DNA of 63,988 bases, the filler included, from Folioceros fuciformis (taxonomy: Eukaryota): the NCBI GenBank assembly GCA_049999805.1. It is 9 parts of 9 records of this genome, joined end to end, with 100 filler letters (N's around TTAATTAATTAA, not from the genome) between each part and the next. Parts side by side here need not be neighbours in the genome. Positions count along the whole stretch, not along the records: positions 16,696 to 32,971 come from JBNGIO010001773.1; positions 33,072 to 37,173 come from JBNGIO010001774.1; positions 37,274 to 41,137 come from JBNGIO010001775.1; 6 more parts are not named here. One strand, given 5' to 3'. Positions 21,732-37,546 of the stretch are shown piece after piece. The notes beneath the pieces are model-generated. The model was not told where the DNA came from, made no database searches, and saw only the letters and a list, made by a program, of their open reading frames with translations. The translations under genes and the position numbers were made by a program. Within the stretch, counting starts at the first letter, position 1. Every line of letters begins with the position of its first letter.

Positions 21732-24700
21732 ATGCAACGGAATATGGCTGGAATTTTTCCCCAATTTGCTGCAACTGCAGCGACTTTCAGCCGTGCTTCA
21801 GGTCTCATCACCAGGGTGGGAAGCGATGCTCACCTTTATGACAACCCTCTGGATGCCAACATCGCCTCGTTGCTAGGCAGCAAATACGATGCGGAGAAGG
21901 CGCAGGGCATGAAGAGATTGATCGCTCTCATGTCTCAGGGCATAGACGTTGGCAATCACTTCCCGCAGGTAACCCAATGCCCCCTAAGTTCTTCAGTTAT
22001 GATCGTCAATGGTCTGCTGGACAGGGAATGGAAGTTTTCCTTGCCCTCTTGCAGGTAGTCAAGAACATTGTTTCACCGTCTTTGGAGGTTAAGAAGTTGG
22101 TCTACATCTACCTCGTCCATTTCGCTGAAAGGTACGTCCTGAACCTGTTCAGTCTGACAAACCTTTTGTGACGGGGAGGGATGCTCTCCACCTTCTGAAC
22201 CGAATGCCTGCAAAATTTTGAATTGCGTAGGACCTGGATATTTGCCCCTGCTTCTGATTGTCAGATTTGAAAGAGACCTGGTTGGTATTACGGAATGATT
22301 GCTGTCAGCGGACGATAACAGGAAATAGATGCGTAGTCAGGTGGTTCCATGTGAATATCTGGTTATCTGGTGTTTGTTTCTTGTTTCTGAAGGTCGTAAC
22401 GAGATTTGGACATCAGCGTAGAGTGAGTGAATTTGTATCCATTGTACTGATGTTTAAGCATGCCGATAACAGGCGATCCGATGAGGCCCTTCTTTCGATC
22501 AACAGCTTTCAGAAGGACTTGTCTGACATTAATCCGTTGGTACGAGCATGGGCGCTGCGTGCCATGTCAGGCATACGCGTACGGGTTGTTTTACCCTTGG
22601 TTGTCATAGCAGTGAACAAAGCTGCAAAGGATCCCTCACCCTATGTGAGGAGGTGTGCGGCACATGCTATTCCAAAGATCTTTTCCTTGGACCATAAGCA
22701 GCATGCTGAAGTGCTGGAAGAGGTACGGCTGGTCTTGCTTTCCTCCGAGTGGTTCTGATCAGGTGTTGAGTTCTTATGGTCAAAACAATTCTTGTACAGC
22801 TGGTTGGCCTGCTACTAAGTGACAATTCTGAAGGAGTTGTTGGAGCTGCGGCTGCCGCATTCATCGCAGTTTGCCCAGAGAAACTGCACATTGTGGGACC
22901 ACTCTTCAGGAAGCTGTGTGAAATGCTTCCTGATGTTGAAGAATGGGGGCAAGTTGCACTTATGGACATTCTTATGCATTATGCTGTGGGAAGGTATGGT
23001 GCACCAAGAAGCTCAGTAGGGCTGTTGTATCTTACAAGGTTGAAGAATGATCGTCTTTCGGAGCAGAGTGGGGCATCAGCAGTTGAGGAAACCTTGGTAG
23101 GAAGCGGTGACAACACTGATATTGTTGAGCAGCATCTACCTGTTTCACACATATCAGGACTTGTAGTTGAGGATGAAAATGGAGAGTTGCATCCCCAGTT
23201 ACGGATTCTGTTGCAGGGCACAGCTCCCCTCTTATGGAATCAAAACAGTGCTGTTGTAGTGGCAGCTGCAGTCATCCATTGGTTGTTTGCTCCAAAGGAG
23301 TCCCTCATGAAAATTGTCAAGCCTCTGTTGTTTCTTCTGCGTTCTTCCTTTGACTCGCAGTTTGTGGTACGGTTTTCAAAACTTCCAGATGGTCATGATG
23401 GCACAAAATGTTTCTCACAAGTTCTCTTCCAATGGGAAATTGCTCTGTCCGCTGATGAAGACACCTTGCTGCCCCACCAGGTTCTCTCCAACATCGCAAC
23501 AGTCATCAAATTCCAACCCTCTCTCTTTGAGGATTATTATGAGGATTTCTTTGTTCAACCATCTGACAACTTGGCTGTTCGTGCCATGAAGCTTGACATT
23601 TTGGCGCAAATAGCAACAGAGTCAAACATTCACATCATACTTGAAGAGCTGCAGGTTCCATATGGATGGTTTGAGTGGGACTTCACATAAGCTGATCCTG
23701 TTCCTTTCTCCTCACTGGTGAGAAATTGACTTCTTTGGAATGCTGAAGACGTTGACGGGTGAAACATGTGTGATGCAGGCATATATGAGGGATCCTGTTC
23801 GTCAATTTGCTGCGGATACTGTTAGTGCCATAGGGCGTTGTGCAGTACGATTGCCTAGTGTTGCTTCGATTTGTCTGGATGGGATTTTCAGAATTGTCCA
23901 AAACAGTCTAGAATCTTCATATGCACAAGACTTGGACTTGGTGGGAACCAGTGGCCTGAGTGGAGGAGAGGTAGACAGGTCAAATAAAGCTAATAACACA
24001 AAGAGATTCAAACAAGGTGACAGTTCTGTGCACCAACATGTTGCTGAAGCTGCTGTTGTTACACGAGCAGTGGTAGCAATACGGTTGATTGTCCAGCAGC
24101 TACCTTCGGAGCTAGAAACTGTGAGCTATGATGTCCTTTCTCTCAAGTTCTTCCTCGAGGGAACTACCTGGGCTTGCCGTCAATGACAATGGGTTGCTCC
24201 TTGCATGTTTCAGGTCTTCTGCCGCCTCGTCCGCTTCCTGGAACACATCAAGGTTCCTACAGCACGTGCAATAATTGTGTGGATGGTGGGTGAATATAGC
24301 GCAAGCTGTAAAGCAGCCTCACAGATTCTTCCGATAGTTATGTCGTATCTTGGTGGCACGTTCCTGAAGGAATCTGATGAAACGAAACTCCAGATCCTCA
24401 ACACATCTGTTAAGGTACATTGTCTCAAGTATTGTCGAGTGACGCTGTGCTTGACTGTGAGGTTTGAGGGGGTGCATGACCTATTTCGTTTGGCACAAAT
24501 CCCACAAGAGGTTTTGTTTGTGCCAGGTTGTACTGCAATGCAATGACGGACTGGAGGCCTCCTCAAAGCAAGCCAGACTTGTGCTAAAGTATGTATTAAA
24601 CTTGGGGCACTATGATCTGAATTGTGATATCCGTGATAGGGCTCGAATGTTTCAGGTACTGTTGGCATCACAAATAGAACCCCGGCTGGTGGAAACAGGC

Positions 24701-26680
24701 ATAGCTCTGGCTGATGTGACAGGGCGTTCAAGTCAGCCAGTGATGTGCAACGAGGGGCCACTTGGAGGGCAGGAACAAAGTCAACTAAAGGCTACTGACA
24801 ATGCTTGTTCTCTTTCATCAACAAAGGCTGCTGAGTCTCCCTCCACCACTTCTGGAGACATATCAGACATGCTTCTTCTGGCTCCCAGATTAGCACCAGC
24901 ATTTTCGCCGCTCACTCCCGACAGGTCATCCTTTTTACCTGGTTCCATGTCTCACATTGTCCAGCACAAGGCTCCAGGCTATAGGTCGCTACCAGAGCCA
25001 TTTAGCATACAGGATGGTGAGGGATGTGCCACACAAGGACAGAATGACACCCAAAGAGAAAGCGGATCGAGTGGAACAGATAATGCAGATGCTGAGTCAG
25101 GTGATTTCTGCGAGGAGAATGTCAGTATTTCTACTCAAGGATCGACTGAAAGCTACAGTGAGGAGAGTGGTCAAGATTCTGATGACCAGAGGACACAGGG
25201 GAATGGTAAGATTTACACCAGTCCAAGTGAAAGTAACACTAGCGATCACCTGGAGGAAACAAACAGGGGAATCATAAGGCAGACGAAGTCAAGACGCATG
25301 AAGCAAACCAGTCAGGAAGGTAGAAGTCAGCATGTCAATGCTGTCAGAGGGGTCACAAGTAAGGAGAAGGAAGAGCTCGATACCTTTGGGCCTTTGATAT
25401 CACTATCAGATTCTGAAACTGGGAGCAGTTCTGCACAGCATCCACCAAGGCCTCCGCAGTCAGAACTTAATGTAGGTGGTGAAGATCTGTTGTCCTCCCT
25501 TCAATTGGAAGCATGGTTGGGGCCCACGCCAAAAGCTGGAGGATCGAACGTATTTACAGAGCTACCTGAGGCTGGTTTCACTCGTCTCCCACTCGGAACA
25601 GTTACTGTAGAGCCGAAGAAGTATGTCCTTCTTGACTTTACAAATGGAGGAGGACTTGAGATCAAGTATTCTTTCTCCTGGACAACATCACTCTACTCCC
25701 AGAGAATGGCATGCGTCCGGCTCTTCTTGCATAACCGATCTTTGCAGACAAAATCAGGCATTGTTGTGAAGGCTGCAAGCGCTGGCGCTTCATTCGATAG
25801 CAGCTTGTGAGTTCCTTTGGTGGCATAAGCATGTGAGGCGTGCGTGATGACCTTCTAACAGGTCTATGACATGTTGCTTTGCAGGGCAGGACCCGATGCA
25901 GCTGCTGATGATGCCGTCATCATTCCTCTGGAGGAAGTTTCCGAACTAGGTGCCGGACAGAAGACGGAGGGCAATCTTCACGTGGATTTTCGGCACAAAT
26001 TAAGGCCAGCAAAGCTGGTGGTGGCCTGTGACGGGTCACTGTTTCCTGTCAAGCTTAAACCAGAAGTTGGAGCTCTAATAAGGCCAGCATTTATGACCAG
26101 CGAGATGTTTGTCGCAGCTGAGAGCCGACTGTCTGGGATGCTGGAGTCGTCTCGCAGGTATGTTCCGAAGCCTTTTGCAGTTGGTGCTGCGGTAGGAGCT
26201 AAGCACAACCAGCCAATGGTTCGGGTTATTTGCGTTGATCACGATCACGAGCATTCATGCTCTTCAGGTCCCAATAGATGCTGCAATTCTTGTATGTGTA
26301 TGTGCAGGTGCTCTCTGCGGGAACCCTTTCTGGCATCTTTGAGCCTGGAAAGTTTACCCAGCCCAGCAGTGGAAGATCGACCATTGCAAATTTCACACAC
26401 AATCGCTTATCGAGTCTTTGAATCGGCTCATGTATCTCTTGTTTCTGCAACAATGAAGGTCATGAATGGATCGCAAGGCCTGGAGCTCCGCTTCAGTGGA
26501 GAGACCCTCACAGGTTCATTGGTGTGTCTAGTGACAGCCACTTTGCCACTGAATGAGGTGAATCTGCATGAGAACGAGATTGTACCTGTTACAATCAAAG
26601 TGAACTGTGAAGATACTGTGTTTGGTCTGAGCCTACTGAAACAACTAGATAATGCCTTGGGCCTTTCGTATCTTGTTTAG
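21732..26680 (+). CDS. AP3B: AP-3 complex subunit beta (PAT2-like), 10 exons
   Basis: GSDAHLYDNPLDANIASLL, EVKKLVYIYL, ALLSINSFQKDLSDINPLVRAWALRAM, DPSPYVRRCAAHA, YDLNCDIRDRAR and KVNCEDTVFGL motifs. GT-AG exons at about 21732-21968, 22055-22131, 22473-22722, 22800-23366, 23481-23654, 23779-24120, 24214-24414, 24527-25806, 25885-26157, 26308-26680. The start may be ATG 21744. Confidence 0.93.
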
Positions 26681-28342
26681 TTGCCGCTTCCGCCTTCACG
26701 ACAACAATTGTTGGTGCATGGAGTACTCTTTGTAGCAACCCCTTGCGCTCAGTTCCACGAGAAGTAAATCCATCCCAATGCACAAGGGTTGCGTGTCAAC
26801 CAGACCACACTGATGTCTTCCAAGAGAGCTTGAAACAGCTTTTAACTTCGATAGAAGCAGACCTAACCTATCTTTTTTCATTTCCGAGCAAGACGACGGT
26901 AAGCATTGCACCTGAGGTTCCTTGCATCTCAGCATGCACGTAGTCAAACCCTGCCAACTTAGTGCATGGTTGCATGTAGCCAGAGAAGCCACAATTTGAT
27001 GCGCCCTGTTGTGTTGTTAGCCATGTCCCTTCGAGAGAAAGGTTTTCACTTGATACTCTTACCCCGCACGTTGAAAAGGCAACATATTCGAGACCGTCTA
27101 CGTCGTATTGTGCTCGAATCATCTTTGGCCTCCAGTTAACTCATGGGAATGTAAAATCATCAGAGATGTGCCATGCATGTTTTCTGAGAATGATCCCCAT
27201 TGCGCTGTGTGTAAGACATCAAGGATGGGAGAAAAAGTGTACTTGTCGCCGAGTTGTGGACAAGTACTTTGATGTGGATGCGCGCAATTGCGGATGCCAG
27301 CAAATATCTCTTGCCCCATTTGCTGGCGGAAGGTGGTGTGGGGCTGGAAAGACGTGGGAATGGCTATTTCAGGGCTTTCCCCACTTTACGGTTGCAGGGT
27401 GTGCTTGTCTTGACAATTTGTGACTGCCACACACATGTTATTGCTTTCGATTGGTTCTCAGCTTTTGAGGTTGGCGAAACGACTACATGTTGCCAGCGGA
27501 CGCAGAAGCAGAGTGAGGCAACCCGTGCCGACAGTTCCGGCTCACGCAAAGTTTCCTAAGGTGTGCAAATCACCTTTGACATTCAGCAATCGTTTCTGTT
27601 TTCCCTGGAACAACACCCTGTACCCGGAGGACTATATTCTTGAGATTGGAACAGAGCCCAGGGCTAGATCTTGGGCTATAGTTTGTAGCAAAACCAGTGG
27701 AAAAAAGACAACTATGCACCTAGTTGCCCAAGAATGTCGAGGCCCTTAAGTACTAATTAAATACTACCCATTTGCCGTGTATGTGGTCACAACAGTTCCT
27801 CTGGCTAATTGGCGGACGGCGTAAAATACACGCGACTAGTCCTGAGAGGCATAGCTAGATCTCTATGGACTGGGCAATCAACACGCAACAGAGCTGCAAG
27901 CAGCAAGGAGCCAGGAGCATGATCAAAGCTGACGAGGACGACTGAAGGTTTTGCACCTGAGACTCCACGACCACATGGCCAAGGGTTAGGTGAGATTACA
28001 AGCCTGTTAAACACTAGGATTTTGAGCTGGGTTCTGACACAATTGAATAGAGGCTAAGAGGTCCTGTTCCACCAATATCCACACTATGCAGGACAATGTA
28101 ACGCAGGACCAGGATGTGACATACCCCATCATCTAGAGTAGGCCCCAAATCACTGAAGTCACACATGGTTACAAGGCCTAGCCTAGATGCTGCATGCCCA
28201 TGGTACTGCCTACATAGTAGGACACAAATGAAGGAAAACGAAGCAGCAGCAAAGAGAAAAAGGACCTCGAAGATAGTTGTAATACTATACCAGGTGAGCA
28301 TGAAAGACGTGAGCTACACAGGAATGGAGCTGACGCAATATT

Positions 28343-30167
<1,825 letters not shown>

Positions 30168-31793
30168 GCCCTTCCGGCCCGACCGCTCCCACCCCGGCGC
30201 GGATCCCCTCTCCAGTGTGCCTCCCAGCTCAGATCACAAAGATCAGGAGCCGGTACGATCTTGGAAGACGCTTCCTGCCAGATCGCCCTCACTGCCGTCT
30301 TGAGGCACCCAGCTGCAGGCTTCAGACCGCCAAGCCTGAATTGCAATGCAGTTACAACCAGCCTGAGGCTGAGCAGGCCAAGCTCAATGAGAGCAGGGCA
30401 ACAAGCATCCAGGAGCACACACACTTAAAAGAGACGAGAGGCAAGTAGAGAAGAAGAAGAGCATACCCACCTCCTGGATTCCCCCTCACAGCTAAGGAGA
30501 CTGGCGTCTGCCCATGCTCCGTTGAGCTAGGGAGCAATGAAGCGTAGCCGGCGGAGGAAGAAGGCGAAGCCACAAGACACTTCATCCACCCTGCTGCACC
30601 ATCACACATTCCCGCGCCCATCAGCCCCACGATGAAGTAAGATAAGGAAAGCTGAGGCGCGGACAGGCCAGGCCAGGCTAGCCTACCCAAGGCAAGTCAA
30701 GCCAGCCTGCCAGCCGTGAGCTAAGGAAGCAGGTGAGGACACATCCGCAGCACAGCAGGCAGAGGCAGCGGAGCACAAAGCCAACAAAACAAAGCGCAGT
30801 CTGCAATGTAGGACACAACAGGGCAGCAACCCAGAAGCCCCAACTCCGCAGATCACAAACCCACCACCGCAATGCCGTCAAACAAGGAAAGAACGGGGGC
30901 AGGATCTTTGGAGAGGCGGCAGAAGCCAGGGGGAGCTGCCTGAATTCAACGCGTGGGGCGGCACGGGGAGCAGCAGATAAGAGAGACCCCACAGCCCAGG
31001 GACGGTGGTAGAGAGAGGCACGGGCACAGGCTACAGGCCACAAACATAGCTAGCTAGCTAGGGCAGAAGGAGAACCTGCAGAAGAGCAGAGAGGGCCAGC
31101 ACAGTCCCGAGCCGGTGAGGAAACGGGAAGCAGGGCTGATGGTGCAGCTGCTGTGCAACACCGCGTAGTGTAGTGGAGTGTAGTGTAATGTAGAGGTTGC
31201 TGCTGTGCCTGAACGACGACGCCGACGACGACGACGCCCTGCAACCTGGAAACTGCGATGAGCGAGGGGAGAGAAAGAGAAAGGAGCGTGTCGCGGAAGC
31301 AAGGAAAGCTACAAGAAGCTGCTCTGCAGACTCCTCCTGCTTGCTCTCTCAGACCTGCCAGACCCAGAGCCAGGGCCAGAGCCAGGGGCCAGAGCCAGAG
31401 CCGCTATCCAGGACTCCGAGCAGCAGCAGCCTCATCGGGGGTCGGGAGTCCCCAGATCCCACCTTCCCTTCTTCCCTTTCTATGCACCGCGTCTTGCTTC
31501 TCGCTTTCTACACCACGGCCACGACTCAGGCCACGGTCGACGGGCCTTCCCTACACACATTACATTACGTCTCTGTGGTTGTACTGTGCTGTATTTACAC
31601 ACATCACATTTTCACGCCACACTAGATGCGCCGCGCGCCGAATTTGTCGCTTCCATAAGATTTTTACAGTTGAGCAAGTCACACGGCTGTGTGAGCCATT
31701 CACACGGGGCCTCGCTCGTCACCCTCTCGTCCTAACCAGATACTTCGCTTACCAAACAACCTGCACCATGTGGCAATTCACACCGGGCTGGTT

Positions 31794-31932
31794 CCACACC
31801 CTTCGCTTCTCTCCTCTGCCTTTGCACACCCGTCCTTTCTCTTCTCCGTCTTTGGACACCCGTCCATTCTTTTCTCCTTTCCCGTCTTCATTCTCTGCGC
31901 ATTCTTGCCACACCCCTCCTTTCTCTTCTCCA
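31794..31932. repeat. Degenerate tandem repeat of about 30 nt
   Basis: CACACCCGTCCTTTCTCTTCTCC-like unit recurs about 4 times. Confidence 0.6.
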
Positions 31933-31998
31933 TGTATCAACAGCATGTGGGTTTCTACCTATTCAACACGGGCTCTGATTTATAAAACGATTCTGAGA

Positions 31999-32180
31999 GG
32001 TGACATCAACGATTTCTGGGGAGGTAACATGGGTGATTGTGGGGAAGGTGACTTGGGTGATTGCTGGGAAGGTGATATGGGTGATTATAGAAAAGGCGAC
32101 ATGGGTGATGGTAGAAAAGGTGACATCCATGATTGTTGGGAAGGTGAAGTGGGTGATTGTGCAGAGGGTGACATCGACTG
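31999..32180. repeat. 24-nt minisatellite, about 7.5 units
   Basis: Units such as GGTGACTTGGGTGATTGCTGGGAA stay in register without indels. Confidence 0.85.
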
Positions 32181-33071
32181 GCAACATTAACGATTCCGGT
32201 AGTAGGTAGACCTTCTCAACTCCCATATCATGATGCATTGAATACCGTTGGTAGCTTTGCATGTATGCCGTAGTGGTCGTGGGTTACTTCTCTTCAACCT
32301 TGTTGGTCTTTTGATTTTGCTTGTTGTCTGAGGTAGATGGGTTTTCAAACTGGTTCTTCCATTAAGTCTTTTCAATTAAGTCTCCACTTTAACATTCTTG
32401 GAGGATACTTTGCTTACCACATGACTTGCACCAATGGGCCAACTCATTAGTACATTGAACCTCAATTATATATTAACTACTCTAAGCAAGCATTGGCTTG
32501 CTGGGAATATGGAATGGATGGAAGGCATGTTAACAAGATAGATGAGTACAAGCATTGGTAACATGTTGTGAACACCAACACCTTAACCAACAACAGTTAT
32601 ACATTAGTAATCAGATTAGAAGTTGATGATTTATTCTATTGTAATTTGAGTAACACTATACAACATTCTCCAAAGTTCTTGCGGTTCAAGTTCTTTATTA
32701 CTGTAATAAGAATAAAAGTTCAATGTTTTGATCTTCTCCACATAAGTATGCATCTCCTTCATATACTTATGTTGTGAAATGGCAAAAACATTGAACTTCA
32801 TTCATCTTACATGCACATGCACAATTCATTAGTAGTAGGACAAGAATGGATCGCTCAAGGAGCTACTTCAAATAAAGCACAAGGATGGTTGGTGAAGTTT
32901 TCTATTTACTGTTACCGTGTGGATTGGTCAGTAGCTCCCTTGAAGTAAACTAGAATAATAGAATATTATCTNNNNNNNNNNNNNNNNNNNNNNNNNNNNN
33001 NNNNNNNNNNNNNNNTTAATTAATTAANNNNNNNNNNNNNNNNNNNNNNNNNNNNNNNNNNNNNNNNNNNN

Positions 33072-33081
33072 GGCACAAGCG

Positions 33082-33118
<37 letters not shown>

Positions 33119-34452
33119 AGGCGCAGGCGCAGCAGGTGCAGCAGCAACAGCAGCATCAACAAATACAGCAGCAACATCTCCAACACATGATGCAAAAGAG
33201 ACTTTCAGCAGCCACGCCGCAGACGCAGGCACAGACACAGCAGCAACCTGTGCATGGGCTGAGGCGAGCTACAAATATGCAAGTGCAGGTTCTACTCTGT
33301 AACATCTAGACGTAGTCGCTGCTGTTGAGTTGCGCTTATTTTTCATTTAGATGCAAACTAATTATGAAGCAACACAGACATTTGGGGGACAGGCAGCATT
33401 GCCACAAACACAGCCGTCATATCAACAATTGCACCAGGTATTGGTGATACTTCTTGCCTCTGTGAAAATGCGAGTTATAGGGGGTTATTGCGTTCTGTTT
33501 GGCTGCTGATTGATACATTCCTGTGTGGGAAGGCACCCCTCCAATTGCAGCAGCAGCAGCAACAACACATGCAAAGTCTCCAGGTAAGTGCCGTTGCTGC
33601 TCCGTTGCTATTATGTTTCATGATGCTAGCGCGGTGTTGTGTATCAAGGTAGGGTGTGATTTTGGAAGTAACTAATTTTGGATGATGCAACAGCTCCAGC
33701 AGCACATGCAGCAGCAACCACCTCTCCAGCAAAGTCTGGGGCAAGGGCAGGCTGTTCAGAACCAAGCAAGACACTCGATGCAAGTGATGGGCGCTAACAA
33801 CAGTCTATTGTATGCAAACTCGCAGTCTGCCCTTTTGGGGTCAAATGTGGTACGGCAACCCCTATCTTGCTTTTGACGGCATAGGACTTGGGGGTGATGG
33901 CGTGCAAACTGTTTTTTGTTTGGTGGTGTATCAGATGGGAAGCATGAGCCAGCAAAACGCAGCCCTGATGCCACAGAGAATGCAGGTATGTTCACTAAGT
34001 GGAAGGCAAAGTTGATGAGTTATTTTGTTGACAAGTCTTGAACCGAGGGCTGTGCATTTTCCAGTATGGCGGTGGTATATCTGGTGTTCAAACGCAAAGG
34101 ACCATGATGCCGGCAGAGCCAAGTAAGTATTATAGTGATAGGGTCCATTTTTAACTCCCGGTGGCCTCTTCACACAAACAATGCCTGCAAGAGTATGGAA
34201 GGGGTGTATAACATGCGTCCTCCAGGTTTTATGTCCGGCCACTCGAGCTCGAACCTGGGGCTGCCTCTGCCACAAACCTTATCGCATTCCTTGCAGCAGC
34301 CTATGCAGCAGCCTATGCAGCAGCCTATGCAGCAGCCTATGCAACAGCCTTTACAGAATCAATATGCGCAGCCTCTCAGCCAGCCCAACTATGGGGGTTT
34401 GTACAATACAGCAGCTTTAGGGTCCCAACGACAGCAACCTCCCCCTCAGTAA
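33072..34452 (+). CDS. 3' portion of a multi-exon Gln-rich protein gene (5' end lost in gap)
   Basis: (AQ)n and poly-Q reading frames separated by short GT-AG introns. The last exon has QQPM x4 (12-nt repeat) and ends RQQPPPQ-stop. Could be a transcriptional co-regulator tail, but no domain was recognised. Confidence 0.65.
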
Positions 34453-37273
34453 CTGGCATCTGCAACAAACTTCTGGACGGGGAGGTAAATTACGACGACC
34501 CAAGTGGCTATCACACTTGACTGGAGTATTTGAGGAAAAACTCTTATTGTAGCTACCGTACTCAGCAAGCATGAGGTTTTCAGAGGCCTCTAGCTAATCC
34601 ACCAACGTTCCTGTCTTTGCTCTTCGTTTTCAGATAGGCATACGACTCGCACATCGCATGTGCTTGTCAACGCATCGCAGTTGTGATGTGTTGGTCGGTT
34701 GCCCTATCACATCTCACAGTCAAGGAGTAGTGTATCAAAATTAGTTGAGCGATGAACTCTGAAAAGCCGAATCGGTGGTATCATAAAATATTTAACTTTT
34801 TCTTAACTGATGTAAATGATAGCATGGTGGGGCCAAAGGCCAAGGGTACTTAAACGGATCAAAGTTGTGTGGAGAAGGAGAGACGGTAATGCAAATGAAA
34901 AGGAAGTTAAGTCTATAGGAGAGAAATATCTTATTATATACGATTATCTAGAAAGGAAGTTTATCTTAATTCTATTGAAAAAGAAAGTATCCTTTTGACC
35001 TCATGTTTCCTTGGCATTGTTTCTCCTCATTTAATTTTCAAGTACATATCTTAAAAAAGATATTTTCTATTATTGAAAAAATGATGGAAAGTCCCACCTA
35101 CTTCAAAGATTGGAGGAATTGGAGAACAACCAGGGCCAAAGGTTAAGCGGGTACTAATCGCTTTGAACATCATTCTCAAACACTAAACGGGTACTAATCC
35201 CTTCGAACATCATTCTCAAAGATTACCTACCGCTCCCATATCTAGATGGGATATTGATCTATTGTTCCATGAAATCTATGTCTATCACTTCTAACACCAA
35301 GTGGAAATGGACAAGGCTTATCTATCAAACGAATTTACATACATTTGAGATCTAATCAAGGATTGAGCAAAACGAGATCTAATCAAGGATTGTGAAAAGC
35401 TTTGCTCATGACAATCATAGCAAGCAACAGGTTTCTTCCCCTTTCCTCGACAGTTGTCTTCTTTCCACAACAAAACAAATGATCATGATAAACCTAATCT
35501 TATCATAGCATTATTCCTCTTTGTTTATCACATGTTAAAGCAAGCAAGACTTGATGCTGATATCTGATATCCCACCTAGACGTTATGGTACCTGGAGAGA
35601 ATTGAATGGCAATCGGGTCATACACGTACTTGACAAAATGTTGCCAGTGGGCGGCAGACCCGTGCAACCTACAACAATTGGAAGCAAAGCATAAAGGCAC
35701 ATGCAATGTGGAAGGCACAACATTAACAGCGTATGGTGCGCCTAGCAGAAAGTTCAATTTACGTCTCAACCACTTTCTCTTCTATGTATGTCGACTCTAG
35801 TCTGCCGATTACGTAGTCCAACTATCCTATGATGCTATGACGCTTTGTACATGCACGATGCACGTCAACTGTAGTCTAGTGATCTCACAGCCCAGCTATC
35901 CTATGATACTTTGTACATGCACAGTGCACGAACCTGGGCTGAGCATTTTCTGGCTCCCATAAAGTTTCGATTTGCATCTCAACCACTTCCCTTCCGTATG
36001 CACGATGCTATGTTGTTCAATAGAGCTATCACGTGGTCCAGCTATCACATGGAAGTCTACCCAGTTGAATTCCCAGGACGATGTAGCAATGCCAGTGTCG
36101 TGCTCGGAACATGCCTGTTATTATGACACACTTGCCCTCTGTCTCCCCTCTGTTGTCAGAGTTTGTTGGTGTGTCCTCGTTGTCCCTCCTCTGTGCTAGG
36201 GTGAATCAGGAAAAGGTGATCCCATGAAAGCTCTCTTAACTGTCACACTTACTCTGTGCTGTGATGCGTTGTGTATGTGAGGACTCTGTTTAGGATTGAG
36301 TAAAGGGAGTCCGCACATAGGGCAACCCATGTGTGCGAGAGTGGATAATTTGGAGCGGACTCTGGGAACTGGACATGATCTTGGTCTAGATGATGCTTAG
36401 CAACCCTCCCTGGAAGCGTAAGAGCGTCTTATTGGACTGATCTGTGTACCTGTTCCCCCGTAAAGGCAGAGGGCAGGAGCAACACGGCAAGGAGGAAAAG
36501 GTGAAGAGAAGGTGATGGACGCATGCACCCTTAAGAGCAAGGGCGAGGACAGGGGAGTCCACTCTTGGGCGCGCCCACATGCCTCCACCTTCCTGCAGCC
36601 TTCCAGTTGGCCTGTGTCTTCTGCTTCCCGTTCCCCTCTGCCGTTCCCCGTCCCATGACACGGACGCGATGTCGACCGGGTGTCGTGTCGGGCCCGGCCC
36701 GGCCCGGTTATGATTATTTAAATGAGAAAATGGGATTTAAGGCGGCCGACACAGCGCTCGCCACCTATATGTACCACCGACCAGTCCGGTGCTGCGACAT
36801 TTTTCGAGAAAGCTTAGGAGGGACTGCGATTTCGCGGGATGCGGGGCTCCTAAAATAACTTGGGATAATGCGGCGAAAAAGCGGGCGGGCGCCGGCCAGC
36901 TTTGGGCTCCCCTTTACCTATTAATCCCGCTGATGGGGACGGCGCCGGAGAAGGGGGCCCGGAGCAGTGTCGCGTCAATAATAATGCTCCGCCGCCTGGT
37001 CCCATTGGCACCCGGTTCCGGGGGGTCCTTGCCTGCCCTCCATCCGACAACCCACGCAGTCCTGTCGTCTCCTTCTCCGCTTATTACCCCGCCTATCCGT
37101 CCATGCTCTCCCTACAGCCTCCCTCCCTCACTCCCTTCCTCTTCCTCTTCCTCCCTCCCTCACTCACTCACTCNNNNNNNNNNNNNNNNNNNNNNNNNNN
37201 NNNNNNNNNNNNNNNNNTTAATTAATTAANNNNNNNNNNNNNNNNNNNNNNNNNNNNNNNNNNNNNNNNNNNN

Positions 37274-37546
37274 TATATCTTTAATTAATATTAAACTAAT
37301 CACCCAACCCTATGGCCTGGTACCGAACCTAAACCTTCCTAGGTCTGGGACCAAACCTATACCCACTCTTATAACCAAACCAACTATTTCCTGGTCAATT
37401 AACCTAATTAGCACAAAAAATAGGAAAAATGACCAGAAAATAAAGGAAAATTAGGGAAAATAAGTTGAAAAAGAAAACCAAACCATACCACTATTAACCC
37501 TTTTTCAACCAAAACAAACTACTACCCCAAACTTTGGAGGTTCACA
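37274..37546. mobile_element. Family B LTR-like terminus inserted in Copia RT
   Basis: Matches 1-113 and ends GGAGGTTCACA. The Copia RT codons WYKRIMKYL follow immediately. Confidence 0.8.
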
